NCBI GenBank assembly: GCA_951812955.1
Contig: OX638340.1
Location: 2,784,001 to 2,848,000 of the forward strand
Origin: an uncultured Gemmatimonadota bacterium
Lineage (GTDB): Bacteria > JAAXHH01
Length of the DNA: 64,000 nt
Reading direction: 5' to 3'
The translations under genes and the position numbers were made by a program. This document shows positions 5,967 to 16,401 of the stretch, in pieces. The stretch's first letter is position 1; each line of letters starts with the position of its first letter. The notes under the pieces were generated by a model. The model was not told the DNA's origin, did no database searches, and worked only from the letters and a program-made list of their open reading frames with translations.

Positions 5967-8321
5967 TTGTATCATAGGAGTTCTATGCCCCGTAAACTAC
6001 ACCGGGACCTCGGCATGACGAATACGATACCTTTTGCGGAACTTTCGGACCGGCTCAAGGACGACGATTTGCCGGAGATCCTGGTTCGGGATCATCTCGA
6101 CAGGATGGAGCCGGCCTATTTCGAGCGTTACGAGCCCGGGGTGATCCGTAGCCACATCGCGATGATCAGCCGGCTGGGACCTGAGAACGCCGCGGAGATC
6201 GAGGTAGAACCCCTGGGCGATTCGACGTGGCGGCTAACCGTCGTCGCTTTCGACAACCTGTCGGTGATGTCCATCCTGTCGGGACTCCTGGCGACCAGCG
6301 GATTGAGCATTCGCCGCGGGGACGTATTCACCTACGTGGACGCGGAACCGGCAAGCGATGCTCGCAAGCGGTCCCGTCGCCCTCAACGGCGGCGGCGCGT
6401 CGGTTCGGGCGCTCCGGCCGCTCCGCAGGGCATCACCTCGTCGTCGTTGCGTTCCCAGCGAAAGATCGTAGACGTATTCCGCGTGCACGCGCCATCGGAG
6501 TCGCCGTCGGACTGGCCCGCCGTTACGCGGGAAATCAAGGACGCCATGGGCAACCTGCGGTCGAACAGCGCCGGGGCGTTGCAGAGAAGGCTCAACGAGC
6601 GCGTCGTGGATTACCTCCGTCACGAGCGGGACGCGGAGCACTCCTCCATGTTCCCGGTGCATGTGGGGATCGACAATGATACCGTGTCCGGGGCGACCCG
6701 GCTCGACATCACGGGGCAGGACACGCCGGCGTTTCTGTACGCCCTTTCTACCGCCCTGGCCCTGCGCAATATTAACATTCGACGAATCGATATCGCGGCC
6801 GCCGGGATACAAGTGCAGGATACGCTCGAGGTGACCGACCGGCGGGGATCGAAAATCACCGATCCGCGGAAACTTCAGGAACTGCGATTCGTTATCACGC
6901 TCATCAAGCAGTTCACCCACCTGCTGACCCGGGCGCCGAATCCCGCCCAGGCCCTGGAACACTTCAATCAATTGATCGACCAGGTCCTGGCCAACGTACA
7001 GTCCGGCCGGGCGATGGAGGAGATGTTCGACCAGTTGGAGAAGCAGGAAGTAATCAGCGCGATGGCAAAGATTTTCGGCACGAGCGATTTCCTGTGGAAG
7101 GACTTCCTCAGGATGCAATACAAGAACCTGTTCCCCGTGCTGCAGGACATCAGGGTGGTGGGTATCGTAAGGTCGAGGGAGCAGATGGAAAGCGAACTGG
7201 CCGCGCGGTTGTCCAGGGTCGGAAGTTACGCCCGCCGCAAGGAACTGTTGAACCGGTACAAGGATAAGGAGATGCTGCGGATCAGCATGCGCCAGATCCT
7301 GGAGAATAACGAGGACATCCAGGCCTTTTCCCATGAACTCACCACGCTGGCCGAGGTGGTCCTGGAATCGGCCTTCGAGATCTGCGACCGGGAGCAGCGC
7401 CTTCAGTACGGTGGCCCGCTTTTGCCGTCCGGCGAGCCCTGCGTCTTCAGTATCTGCGCGCTGGGAAAATGCGGCGGCCGGGAACTGGGCTGGGCTTCAG
7501 ATATAGAACTGATGTTCGTTTACGCGGGACAGGGCACTACGCAAGGCCCCCAGGCCGTGTTGAATTCGGAGTATTACGAGCGTCTCGCGCGCATGATCTG
7601 CGGCACGATCGAATCACGGCGAGAGGGCCTGTTCGAGATCGACCTCAGGTTGCGGCCCTATGGCGACAAGGGTGCGCTGGCGTCGTCCCTGGAGAAGTTC
7701 AACGCGTATTTCAACGAAAAGGGAGGCGCTTTGCCCTACGAGCGCCACGCCCTGATCAAGCTGCGCGCCATCGGAGGCGATCCGGTCCTGGGCGCCGCCG
7801 TGGAAACAGCCCGCGATACATTCGTGTACAACGACGCCCCGGTCGACGGCAGGTCGTGGACCCACCTTCGCGAGCGTCAGAACGACGAACTGGTCGAAAC
7901 CGGCGCCATCAACGTCAAATACAGTTACGGTGGATTGATCGACATCGAGTATTACGTACAGGATCTGCAGATCCTCTACGGTGCTACGAACCCCTCTGTG
8001 CGCGGTCCGACGACCCTGGAGGCCATGGACGCCCTCAGCCGGGCCGGATACCTTGCAGACGAAGCGCGCAGCATGCTGGAACGGGCGTACGGGTTCCTTG
8101 TCAGGCTGATCAACGCCCTACGCATGGTACGCGGAAACGCAAAAGACCTGGTCCTTCCGGAAAAGTCGTCCCAGGAATTCCTGTTTCTCGCCCGTCGCCT
8201 CGGATACGAGGAGGGGAGCGGACCGGGACCGGACGAACAACTGCGGCAGGACATTGAACGGAACATGGAATGGGCGGCCATGGCGATGAGAACACGGTTC
8301 GTCCATAAGCTGTTCGACTGA
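5967..8321 (+). CDS. GlnD/GlnE-family nucleotidyltransferase with two N-terminal ACT-like domains (PII uridylyltransferase / GS adenylyltransferase-like)
   Basis: 784 aa. Nucleotidyltransferase motif FSICALGKCGGRELGWASDIELMFVY (GlnE/GlnD type GSxxxxExxxxSDIDL) followed by a GlnE-like helical C-terminal region. Two ACT-like regulatory segments in the N-terminal 300 aa. Confidence 0.55.
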   Translation: MYHRSSMPRKLHRDLGMTNTIPFAELSDRLKDDDLPEILVRDHLDRMEPAYFERYEPGVIRSHIAMISRLGPENAAEIEVEPLGDSTWRLTVVAFDNLSVMSILSGLLATSGLSIRRGDVFTYVDAEPASDARKRSRRPQRRRRVGSGAPAAPQGITSSSLRSQRKIVDVFRVHAPSESPSDWPAVTREIKDAMGNLRSNSAGALQRRLNERVVDYLRHERDAEHSSMFPVHVGIDNDTVSGATRLDITGQDTPAFLYALSTALALRNINIRRIDIAAAGIQVQDTLEVTDRRGSKITDPRKLQELRFVITLIKQFTHLLTRAPNPAQALEHFNQLIDQVLANVQSGRAMEEMFDQLEKQEVISAMAKIFGTSDFLWKDFLRMQYKNLFPVLQDIRVVGIVRSREQMESELAARLSRVGSYARRKELLNRYKDKEMLRISMRQILENNEDIQAFSHELTTLAEVVLESAFEICDREQRLQYGGPLLPSGEPCVFSICALGKCGGRELGWASDIELMFVYAGQGTTQGPQAVLNSEYYERLARMICGTIESRREGLFEIDLRLRPYGDKGALASSLEKFNAYFNEKGGALPYERHALIKLRAIGGDPVLGAAVETARDTFVYNDAPVDGRSWTHLRERQNDELVETGAINVKYSYGGLIDIEYYVQDLQILYGATNPSVRGPTTLEAMDALSRAGYLADEARSMLERAYGFLVRLINALRMVRGNAKDLVLPEKSSQEFLFLARRLGYEEGSGPGPDEQLRQDIERNMEWAAMAMRTRFVHKLFD

Positions 8322-8406
8322 TATGCTCGACGGACGACTTTCAACAGACGCTTACGACTGAGGCTTTCGACGGACGGCTCTGATTTTCACTACCTGGAAT
8401 GGCACA

Positions 8407-11400
8407 ATGAATCTGCGGCAAAACAAAATGAAGGTGGCATTGGTCCTGTCGGCCTCGTTGATCATGGCCGCGAGTCTTGCCGTCCTCATCCTGCTGAGTA
8501 CCGGCTGGGGCATGAACCTGGTCCGCCAGGCCGTGTTGCGGAATGTCCAGGAACGGCTCAACGGGCAGATTACGATCGAACGGATCGAGCTTGGTTTGAA
8601 GACGCACCTGGCGGTGCGGGGCGTATCTCTAGCCCTGGCGGAAAACCAGGGCGGCACGGAAGTCATGGGAGCGGATGAAATCCGGATTGGCTTCAACGCC
8701 TGGGACGCCCTGGTCGATGATGCGCCTCTCTACAGCGTCGATATCGACGGATTCCGCATGGCCTACTTCGAAGATGCCGCGGGGAGCGGGAAGAATACTC
8801 TGGACCTGCTGCTGGAGAGTCCGGCGCGCGGCGCGGAAGCGGCCGGGTCGTCTGAGGGAGAACAGTCCGGCCTGCCGATCGATCTGCGCGACCTGCGGAT
8901 CCGGAACGGACAGTTCCGCTATTTCGACCCCGCGGATTCCACGGCGGTGAGCGCCGGGGAAGTCGGTTTCCGCGGTGCCCTGCTCCAGCCGTTCAAGGTG
9001 GATGGCGAAATAGCCGCGGGGCATGTGGCTTTCAATATAGGAGGCTATGAAGACGCCGTCACGAATATGGAAGCGGCCGTTTACTTCGAAGAGGATGCCC
9101 TGACCATTCACGATCTGACGATGGAATTCGCCTATGGCCCCCCGATAGCGTTCCACGCGACCGGCGAGATCTCGACAGCGCGCGGGAATCCCGCCACACT
9201 GGATTTCGCCGCGAACGGACAGGTAGGCGCCATTCTGCGCGTCATAGGTTTTGAGAACGACATGCCCGGGATTTTCAGCATGACCGGGTCGCTGCGAAAC
9301 AGCCTTTCCGACCCCGACGTGAAGACCAGATTCATCTCGCCGGTGGTGCGAACGGAGTACGGCCCGTTCAATCTGGCCGCGGTGGACATGGCATATGGGC
9401 AGCATGTACTCACGGTAAGCCGGTTCCGGGGTAAGCATGAGGCCGGATGGATATCGGGAAGGGGCCTGCTCGATTTTAGCGGGGAATCAACCGGATACCG
9501 CCTGCAGTTGGAGTCTCCCGGAATCGCACTCCACGCATTGCCGCCGGTCCTCGCCGACAGCGGGAGCGAATTGGAGGGAGACGTGGGTCTGGCCTTCGAA
9601 ATGGAAGGAAGAGGGTTCGACGGCCCGCCTCGCCGGGCGGATCTGAACGCTTCTTCCTCCCTGGTGAGCATAAACGGCCTGCCGTTGCGGGAAGTCACGG
9701 CAATGGCCGAGTACCGCCGCGGACTGCTCTGGGCCGACCTTAGGGAAGCGTCTTTCCGGGCCGACGCCGAAGGCCGGCTCGGTACGGATGGAGAACTCCA
9801 GCTGACCGGTTCGGTCGACGTGAATGACATTGGAAACCTGCCCCCTCCGCTGGACATCGCCGGGCTTCGAGGTACGGCCAGACTGGATACCTACCTGCTG
9901 GGCACGCTGCGGCGGCCGACCGTCCGACTGGCCGGTTGGGTCAGCGAAATGGCCTATGGCGATGTCCCGTTCGGTGAGACGAAGATCGAGGGATTCCTCG
10001 ACGAAGTACGCAACCTGACGATCAATGCCGTGCTGGACAGGCTGGAGATCTATGCCAGGACGAGCCTGGCCGGGGACCCGGCCGTCACCGGTTATTTCAA
10101 CCTGCATGATCTCAGACTCGGCGATTACCTCTGGGACGATCCCGGCTGGGGGCTGGATGCCATCCTTCGCATGCAGGGCGATATTTCCGGTACCGTTCAG
10201 CAGCCTGTCGTTACCGGAAAGGGTACTGTACGGAGCCTGGTGATCCGAAACGAAGACCTGGGCGGCACCGATCTGGACATGACGATTACCAGGGACCGCC
10301 TGGAATTCTCCATGACGCGAAACCCAGGACCTACTGTTTCGGCGGAAGGGTCCATCGAGCTGACCGGGCAATACCCCTACGATTTGCGGCTCGAACTTCT
10401 TCAGACTTCGCTGTCTCCGCTCCTCTCCATACTCTCCAAAAAACCGATTGAGGGCGGCACCGGCACGTTCAGCGGGAACATACATGCCGTGGGACTGGCC
10501 GGATATCCGGACCGGTCCACCGTAACGGTCTCCCTCGATTCGCTGGGTATCCTGATGGACGGCCGCGAACTGCATTTCGCCGCTCCCTCCACCGTGAAAC
10601 TCGAGAACCAGGTCGTTACCGTGGACGAATTCAGACTGACGGGTGATTTCGGCGAGGTAACGGTCAACGGTACGGCGAGTCTGGCCGCCGAAGGCCGGGT
10701 CGACCTCGAAACCGTTCTGGAGGGCGTACGGCTGGAGTTTTTCTCGCCTTTCCTTGTGTCCGACGGTACGTTCAGCGGCTCCACGGATGGGGTGATCTCC
10801 CTGAGTGGGACCCCGGCCGTCCCCAGGATCAACGGCCTGTTTACTATTTCGGACGTGAGTTACACATTGAACGAAAAAACGAACCTCCTGGGTACGGTGA
10901 CCGGATCGGTGCTCTACTCAGACCGGTCGATCAAGGTCCCCGTCCTGTCCCTGCATACCCTGCTGGGATTGTCGGAGATCAATCTGACCTATCCCATCGA
11001 TCTCGGGTGGGCGCCGGGCGGTCAGCCGGAATCACCTCCGCCCGGTGACAGATACGCGGCCGCCCTGGTCATGGATAACCTGGCCGTAGCGCCCCTGAGG
11101 GAGTTCTTCGAGGTGGTGCCGGCCGATCTGGACGGATACATCAAGGGCAGGATCGACATGAACGGCTCGGTCCGGGACCGGAGCGATCTGGCGGGGAACG
11201 TGGCACTGGATTCACTGAAGCTGTTCGGCCTGCAAAACGAGTTCGTCAATACCCATCCGGTCAGTCTGCAATTCGACGGGACCCATATCCATATGGATTC
11301 GCTGTCCGCCGTGATACGCAATAAAAACCAGCCCGATGACGAGCGGGGCCGCCTTACGTTGAACGGCCGCCTGGCGTACGGCATCGGCGGGACCGAAACG

Positions 11401-13119
11401 GGTGAGTCCGATTTCACCATCCGGGGCGAGGCCTTCCGTATGGACGCCGTCATGGCGCTTACGAATCTCGACCTGCCTCTGGGGGGTAACGTGAATACCC
11501 GGATCGAAGTCACCGGACCGGCATCCGCCCAGGTCATTGACGCCCGCGTTTCCGTGGATCAACTGAGATACAACGAGGCCGTCCTGGACAGCGTAGCCGC
11601 CCATATGGTGCATAGCGGTGGGGAAATCGACATCCGGGATCTGCGAATCCGCAAGGGGGACGATACCATCACCGCCCACGGCATCATACCCTTGGACACC
11701 GGCCGCGACGAACGGACAGGTAATGCGGCCGGATCGGGGGATATCGCCCTGACCGTGGAAGGAGAGGACGTCGACCTGTCGTTCCTGAGTGGTATTGTCT
11801 ACGATCTCGAACGCATCGAGGGTAAGGCCGACATCCGCCTGTCCATCGGTGGAACGCCATCTGCTCCACGGTCGGTTGGCCGGATTTCCGTGCGAAACGC
11901 GGCGCTGCGGTTCCGTGAGATCGAGCCGATGTTCCGGGCCGGCGAACTCGAGATTGAAGTCGACGGAAGTGCTTTCAAGTTAAATCCGGTTGCGATCCGC
12001 GCGGGTGACGGCACGGTCCGTTTGTCCGGCGACATCATGACGGATAATCTGTCCTTTGCCGAAATCAAAGCATATGCCGATTTCAGTCAGGCTGAAGTGG
12101 AGCGCCTCGGTTCGGCATTGCTCGTAATCGACGGATCGCTGGCCTGGACCGGAACCCGGGATCGTTCACGGGTTTACAACGTGGCCGACCCGCTCGTCAT
12201 AAGCGGAGTGGTCATGCATCCGCTTAATCTGGGTGAATTACTGCTCGACAACGCGATCATACGTCCGCAGGACGCGCCCGACCCATTCCTGGAAAGCATC
12301 GCGTTGGACATCGCCGTGGACGTGACCAATCTGGATGTCGAGAACAACGTCGCCCAATTGACCGTCGAAGGGGGCGTGGCCTTCGGCAATACGGCGCAGA
12401 ATCCCCTGGTGACCGGAAATGCCATCGCCAGGGAAGACGGACTGATCAAGTACCTCGGTACCACCTTCGAACTGGATGCCGGCCGGATCGACCTGACCAG
12501 GCGTGTGCCGCTGGAGAGCTTCACCGCGTTGATCGAGTACCCTGTGGCACAGCTCGACCCGGTGCTCACCATACAAGCCCGAGCCCCCCGCGTGCGGGAC
12601 ATATATGGGACCGATTACGAAGTGGAACTGCTCGCGTCAGGACCGGTATCGACGGTAACGCCTCAGTTACGGGCGGTGCCGTTCGACGAATCCAGTCCGA
12701 CCTACTGGGCTTCCGGGCCGCTGGCCGGTCCCGAGGTCATATCCCTGTTGACTTTCGGCATGGCCGGACTCACCTCCCTGGGCACGCCGGATGCGATGGC
12801 CGGTATGGGAAGCAGGGCTATTTTGATGGCCACCGGGGCATCGGCGGAGCGGTTTTTGAAAATCGACCAGGTCCAGATCGAGGGTGATCTTTTCTCGGGA
12901 GGCGGCGACGAAACCGGATCGCCCGCGCAGATTACACTAAGCAAGCGGATCAACCGGCGCGCCCGGGTCAGCTACACCCGTCTGTTCGAATCTTCGGAAT
13001 ACACGTTGCGGGTAGGATACCAGTTGACGGATTTCGTGTTCATCGAGACCTTTTCCGAACAACTGGGCGAACATCCTCAGAATGGGATAGACCTCCGAGT
13101 TAAATTCCGATTTCGCTAA
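8407..13119 (+). CDS. tamB: Translocation and assembly module protein TamB (AsmA-like, DUF490 C-terminus)
   Basis: 1570 aa. N-terminal signal-anchor (MKVALVLSASLIMAASLAVLILL), long beta-rich repeat body, C-terminus ...RVSYTRLFESSEYTLRVGYQLTDFVFIETFSEQLGEHPQNGIDLRVKFRFR matching the TamB C-terminal signature. Confidence 0.75.
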   Translation: MNLRQNKMKVALVLSASLIMAASLAVLILLSTGWGMNLVRQAVLRNVQERLNGQITIERIELGLKTHLAVRGVSLALAENQGGTEVMGADEIRIGFNAWDALVDDAPLYSVDIDGFRMAYFEDAAGSGKNTLDLLLESPARGAEAAGSSEGEQSGLPIDLRDLRIRNGQFRYFDPADSTAVSAGEVGFRGALLQPFKVDGEIAAGHVAFNIGGYEDAVTNMEAAVYFEEDALTIHDLTMEFAYGPPIAFHATGEISTARGNPATLDFAANGQVGAILRVIGFENDMPGIFSMTGSLRNSLSDPDVKTRFISPVVRTEYGPFNLAAVDMAYGQHVLTVSRFRGKHEAGWISGRGLLDFSGESTGYRLQLESPGIALHALPPVLADSGSELEGDVGLAFEMEGRGFDGPPRRADLNASSSLVSINGLPLREVTAMAEYRRGLLWADLREASFRADAEGRLGTDGELQLTGSVDVNDIGNLPPPLDIAGLRGTARLDTYLLGTLRRPTVRLAGWVSEMAYGDVPFGETKIEGFLDEVRNLTINAVLDRLEIYARTSLAGDPAVTGYFNLHDLRLGDYLWDDPGWGLDAILRMQGDISGTVQQPVVTGKGTVRSLVIRNEDLGGTDLDMTITRDRLEFSMTRNPGPTVSAEGSIELTGQYPYDLRLELLQTSLSPLLSILSKKPIEGGTGTFSGNIHAVGLAGYPDRSTVTVSLDSLGILMDGRELHFAAPSTVKLENQVVTVDEFRLTGDFGEVTVNGTASLAAEGRVDLETVLEGVRLEFFSPFLVSDGTFSGSTDGVISLSGTPAVPRINGLFTISDVSYTLNEKTNLLGTVTGSVLYSDRSIKVPVLSLHTLLGLSEINLTYPIDLGWAPGGQPESPPPGDRYAAALVMDNLAVAPLREFFEVVPADLDGYIKGRIDMNGSVRDRSDLAGNVALDSLKLFGLQNEFVNTHPVSLQFDGTHIHMDSLSAVIRNKNQPDDERGRLTLNGRLAYGIGGTETGESDFTIRGEAFRMDAVMALTNLDLPLGGNVNTRIEVTGPASAQVIDARVSVDQLRYNEAVLDSVAAHMVHSGGEIDIRDLRIRKGDDTITAHGIIPLDTGRDERTGNAAGSGDIALTVEGEDVDLSFLSGIVYDLERIEGKADIRLSIGGTPSAPRSVGRISVRNAALRFREIEPMFRAGELEIEVDGSAFKLNPVAIRAGDGTVRLSGDIMTDNLSFAEIKAYADFSQAEVERLGSALLVIDGSLAWTGTRDRSRVYNVADPLVISGVVMHPLNLGELLLDNAIIRPQDAPDPFLESIALDIAVDVTNLDVENNVAQLTVEGGVAFGNTAQNPLVTGNAIAREDGLIKYLGTTFELDAGRIDLTRRVPLESFTALIEYPVAQLDPVLTIQARAPRVRDIYGTDYEVELLASGPVSTVTPQLRAVPFDESSPTYWASGPLAGPEVISLLTFGMAGLTSLGTPDAMAGMGSRAILMATGASAERFLKIDQVQIEGDLFSGGGDETGSPAQITLSKRINRRARVSYTRLFESSEYTLRVGYQLTDFVFIETFSEQLGEHPQNGIDLRVKFRFR

Positions 13120-13173
13120 ACCTCTATCTTTGCTTGAAGAAACGACAGGGCACCAGACGGTCAGGCGATTCAC

Positions 13174-15048
13174 ATGGTAGAAGGTATGCGTCTTTCCTCG
13201 AAGTCATCCGGTTCCACACGGTGCGGGCCCAATCCATACTGGATGAGGTACCTGGTTGCGGCCTGTCCGCTCCTGGTCCTGTCGATCCTGGTCGCCGCTC
13301 CGGCGCATCCCCAACAGTCCCTCATCGTCGACCGCATCCTGATCGAAGGCAATGCGGCCATCCCGGAAGACCGGATTCTCGATCTGATCGAGACCAGAAC
13401 GGACGGGATACTGCGCAGCGGAAGGATGAACAACGCCGTATGGCGGACCGACCTGGACGCGATCGGGAGTTTCTACATGAACAGCGGATTTCTGGAAGCC
13501 CGGATCCGGTACATTCGCGAGCGTATTGAAGCGGATCGGATCGAGTTGAGGATCGTTATCGACGAGGGCCCCAGATACACCGTGCGCGCGGTCAATCTGC
13601 ATGGCTTCGGATTCCTTGCCGAGGATGAGATCAGGCAAAGCCTTCTGACGAGGGAAGGCCAGGTATTCTACCGGCTGTTCACCGCGACGGACAAGCGCTA
13701 TATCCAGCGTCTCGGCGACCGCAGGGCATTGCTCGACATGACGGTTGACTATCAAGTCGTGCAGCATCCGGAAGATCATACGGTGACGGTCAATTTCCTG
13801 GTCGTCGAAGGCCATCCGATCCGTGTGGGCGACATAAGGGTCGGGGGTCTGAGGAAGACGCAGCGAAACGTGGTGATCCGTGAATTGGAGATCGAATCGG
13901 GAGAGCTGTACGATAACGGGAAAATATCTTTGAGCCAGACCCGGCTCTTCCAGACGGGATTGTTCCGAAGCGTGCGCCTGTCACCCGTGGAAAGCGACAC
14001 CGCCGCCAACGTGCGGGACCTGGTGGTGGAGGTTACCGAACTGCCCGGGGGGGAGGTGAGCTTCGGCGCCGGGTTCGCCTCGGCCGAACACTTCAGGGGC
14101 AGCTTCAGCGTCGCCTACCGGAACTGGCTGGGGCAGGGGATCACCATCGGCTCCAACGGTCAGATCAGCTCGCTATTGCAGCAAGTGGACACCGGAATCA
14201 CGCAGCCGTGGTTGTTCAGGACCCGGACGACGGGCATACTGCGGGCGTTTTACCGTCGTGAGGACCGGACCAGCCACTCCGAGCGCGAAGTAGGAATGTC
14301 CGTAGCGGTCAACCGCGAACTCTCCCGCACGTACCAGAGTCAACTGATCTATACCCTGAAAAACATCGAAGTTTCATCGCTCAGCGAGGAATTGACCGAA
14401 CTGCTTCGAAGCGGTTCGGAACCGGACAGCCTCCGGACCAGGCGCGAGGGCAGTCTGACCGGGGTCGTTACCTACGACACCCGGGACGATATCCTGAACC
14501 CGACGAGGGGATTCTACGGACAATTCCAAAGCAGCCTGGCCAGTCCGCTGCTCGGCAGTTCCACCCAGAATCGCAACTCGGTACTGACGATTATTGCCGT
14601 AGCCCGCAAATACCTGTCCGTTCCCAACGCCCCGGATTTCTCCACTTCCCTGACGTTCAGCTACGTGAAGGCGCTGGACGATAACCGGGTGCCCCTCGAT
14701 CGGAAACTCTTTATCGGCGGCGACCGGTCGGTGCGGGGTTTCAGGATCAACCAGATCGGCCAGCCCGATGGCGGACTGATCGCCATCAGCGCACAGAATG
14801 AAGTCCGTATTCCATTTCCCCTGTTTAGCCTGGCCGTGTTCGCGGACTGGGGCGGAGTTGGAAAGACAGTGGACACTTTCAGCTTCGACGATCTCCTCCT
14901 GGGCTACGGCGGCGGAATAAGGGTAAATTCGCCGATCGGGCTGATTCGAGGCGACGTGGGATTTCACAATCAAAGCAAGATCGACGTGCCAAATTCGAGA
15001 AAGTACGACCGGACCTTCTTCTACTTCGGCCTCGGCCAGGCGTTTTGA
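13174..15048 (+). CDS. Omp85-family outer membrane protein assembly factor (TamA/BamA-like; POTRA domains plus bacterial surface antigen barrel)
   Basis: 624 aa. The likely true start is MRYLVAACPLLVLSILVAAPAHP (about 13243; signal peptide). POTRA-like segments (LIVDRILIEGNAAIPEDRILDLIETR...), C-terminal barrel ending FFYFGLGQAF. Immediately downstream of tamB. Confidence 0.7.
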   Translation: MVEGMRLSSKSSGSTRCGPNPYWMRYLVAACPLLVLSILVAAPAHPQQSLIVDRILIEGNAAIPEDRILDLIETRTDGILRSGRMNNAVWRTDLDAIGSFYMNSGFLEARIRYIRERIEADRIELRIVIDEGPRYTVRAVNLHGFGFLAEDEIRQSLLTREGQVFYRLFTATDKRYIQRLGDRRALLDMTVDYQVVQHPEDHTVTVNFLVVEGHPIRVGDIRVGGLRKTQRNVVIRELEIESGELYDNGKISLSQTRLFQTGLFRSVRLSPVESDTAANVRDLVVEVTELPGGEVSFGAGFASAEHFRGSFSVAYRNWLGQGITIGSNGQISSLLQQVDTGITQPWLFRTRTTGILRAFYRREDRTSHSEREVGMSVAVNRELSRTYQSQLIYTLKNIEVSSLSEELTELLRSGSEPDSLRTRREGSLTGVVTYDTRDDILNPTRGFYGQFQSSLASPLLGSSTQNRNSVLTIIAVARKYLSVPNAPDFSTSLTFSYVKALDDNRVPLDRKLFIGGDRSVRGFRINQIGQPDGGLIAISAQNEVRIPFPLFSLAVFADWGGVGKTVDTFSFDDLLLGYGGGIRVNSPIGLIRGDVGFHNQSKIDVPNSRKYDRTFFYFGLGQAF

Positions 15049-15108
15049 ACGGCGTAACCGGTCAAGTTTCCAAAATCGAGATGCCGCGAAGTCGCTGGGA
15101 GATGGGGC

Positions 15109-15699
15109 TTATTCGAGATTGGCATGGCGATCGAACATGTCGCCTTCGGTTTCATCGAGCCGCGCCATGATCAGCAGGACGCCGGCATCGAGAACCACAC
15201 CGAGGCTCTGTTCGAACAGCGTGCCCATCGGCTGGCGGGACTGGAGTTCCCGGTCGCCCGACACTTTCGTAGATTTCGGCGTAGGCGCTGGTATGACGAC
15301 GACGATGTCCGCCATCCGGGCGACGGGAGACGCGGAATCCGCGGTCGCTAACGCAACGCGCGCGCCGGCCTCGGCGGCTTTACCGGCATAGTGGACCAGC
15401 CGTTCCGTCACGCCCGATCCCGATCCGATCAGCAGCAAATCTCCCGATCCGATCGCCGGCGTGGTTGTTTCGCCCACCACGTGGACGGGCAGACCGAGTT
15501 GAGCAAGCCGCATGGCGAAGCTCCTCATGACCAGCCCGGAACGTCCCGCTCCTGCGACAAAGACCCGCCGGGCCTCGGTGACTTCCCGTGCCAGCGCTTC
15601 GACCTCTTCGCAGGAGACCTGGTTCAGAGTCCGCCGTATCTCGTCGAGAACTGTCCGCCGGATGTCGTCAAATGGGGAAGGGGATTTCTGGTTATTCAT
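15109..15699 (-). CDS. hxlB: 6-phospho-3-hexuloisomerase (SIS domain)
   Basis: 196 aa with SIS-domain motifs (VFVAGAGRSGLVMRSFAMRL..LLLIGSGSGVTERL). Overlaps hxlA by 8 bp. Confidence 0.75.
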   Translation of the reverse strand: MNNQKSPSPFDDIRRTVLDEIRRTLNQVSCEEVEALAREVTEARRVFVAGAGRSGLVMRSFAMRLAQLGLPVHVVGETTTPAIGSGDLLLIGSGSGVTERLVHYAGKAAEAGARVALATADSASPVARMADIVVVIPAPTPKSTKVSGDRELQSRQPMGTLFEQSLGVVLDAGVLLIMARLDETEGDMFDRHANLE

Positions 15700-16345
15700 C
15701 GATTCGATCCATGACCTCCCTGATCCGTCGGATAGCTTGGCCGGGATCGGCGTTTCCGGTAACGTAACCTCCTACGATCACGATATCCGGTTCATGGGGA
15801 ACCAGGCGCTCGATCATCCTGGGATTCAGTCCACCCGCGACGGCCCGCCCCGCCCGTTCAACAACCGCGTTGACCCGGTCGAAACCTTCCAGGGTCCGCT
15901 CGGGATCGCTCTGCCCCTGGTTGTCAAAAGCCGTGTGCACACAGATGTAGTCCAGCCCGGACAGATCCAATTCGCGGGCCAGGAAGACGGCCTCGTCCAC
16001 TTCGCGTGCGGCGATCAGGTCGGCCATGATCTGGCCGCCGGACCGCTTCGCCCGTTCACAGGATTCTCGAAGCGTAGCCTGGTGGGCCGTCCCAAGCACG
16101 GTAACGATATCCGCTCCCGCATCGAATGCGAGGCCCGCTTCCATAGCGCCGGCATCCACGATCTTGAGATCCGCCAGCAACTTCCTGTCGGGATATTCCC
16201 GCTTGATCTCGGAGATGATGTCGATCCCGTAACGGATCAGCAGGGGGGTTCCGAGCTCGATGATGTCCACGTGGACGGCGGTCTGCTCCAACAGGCGGCG
16301 AACCGCCCCCGCTTGAGGCTTGTCCAGGGCGAGTTGGAGCAACAT
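15692..16345 (-). CDS. hxlA: 3-hexulose-6-phosphate synthase (OMP decarboxylase fold)
   Basis: 217 aa. MLLQLALDKP...VDIIELGTPLLIRYG... and ...IVIVGGYVTGNADP... are typical HPS/KGPDC-family motifs. Paired with hxlB. Confidence 0.75.
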   Translation of the reverse strand: MLLQLALDKPQAGAVRRLLEQTAVHVDIIELGTPLLIRYGIDIISEIKREYPDRKLLADLKIVDAGAMEAGLAFDAGADIVTVLGTAHQATLRESCERAKRSGGQIMADLIAAREVDEAVFLARELDLSGLDYICVHTAFDNQGQSDPERTLEGFDRVNAVVERAGRAVAGGLNPRMIERLVPHEPDIVIVGGYVTGNADPGQAIRRIREVMDRIDE

Positions 16346-16401
16346 GATGGCCGGGCTCGCTTGGAGGAGGCGGACTTCGCATCCTGTCCGCCTGACCTGA
16401 T

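Noticed and set aside
5692-6018. 108-aa ORF starting inside the palindrome spacer
   Set aside because: Crosses the IS right IR/TSD and the glnD-like promoter; composition is not protein-like. The ATG is part of the palindrome spacer.
6234-7334. Antisense ORF (366 aa) inside the GlnD/GlnE-like gene
   Set aside because: Low-complexity and no motifs. The sense frame carries the nucleotidyltransferase signature.
9487-10575. Antisense ORF (362 aa) inside tamB
   Set aside because: Spurious GC-rich antisense frame. The tamB frame is continuous over 1570 aa with N- and C-terminal signatures.
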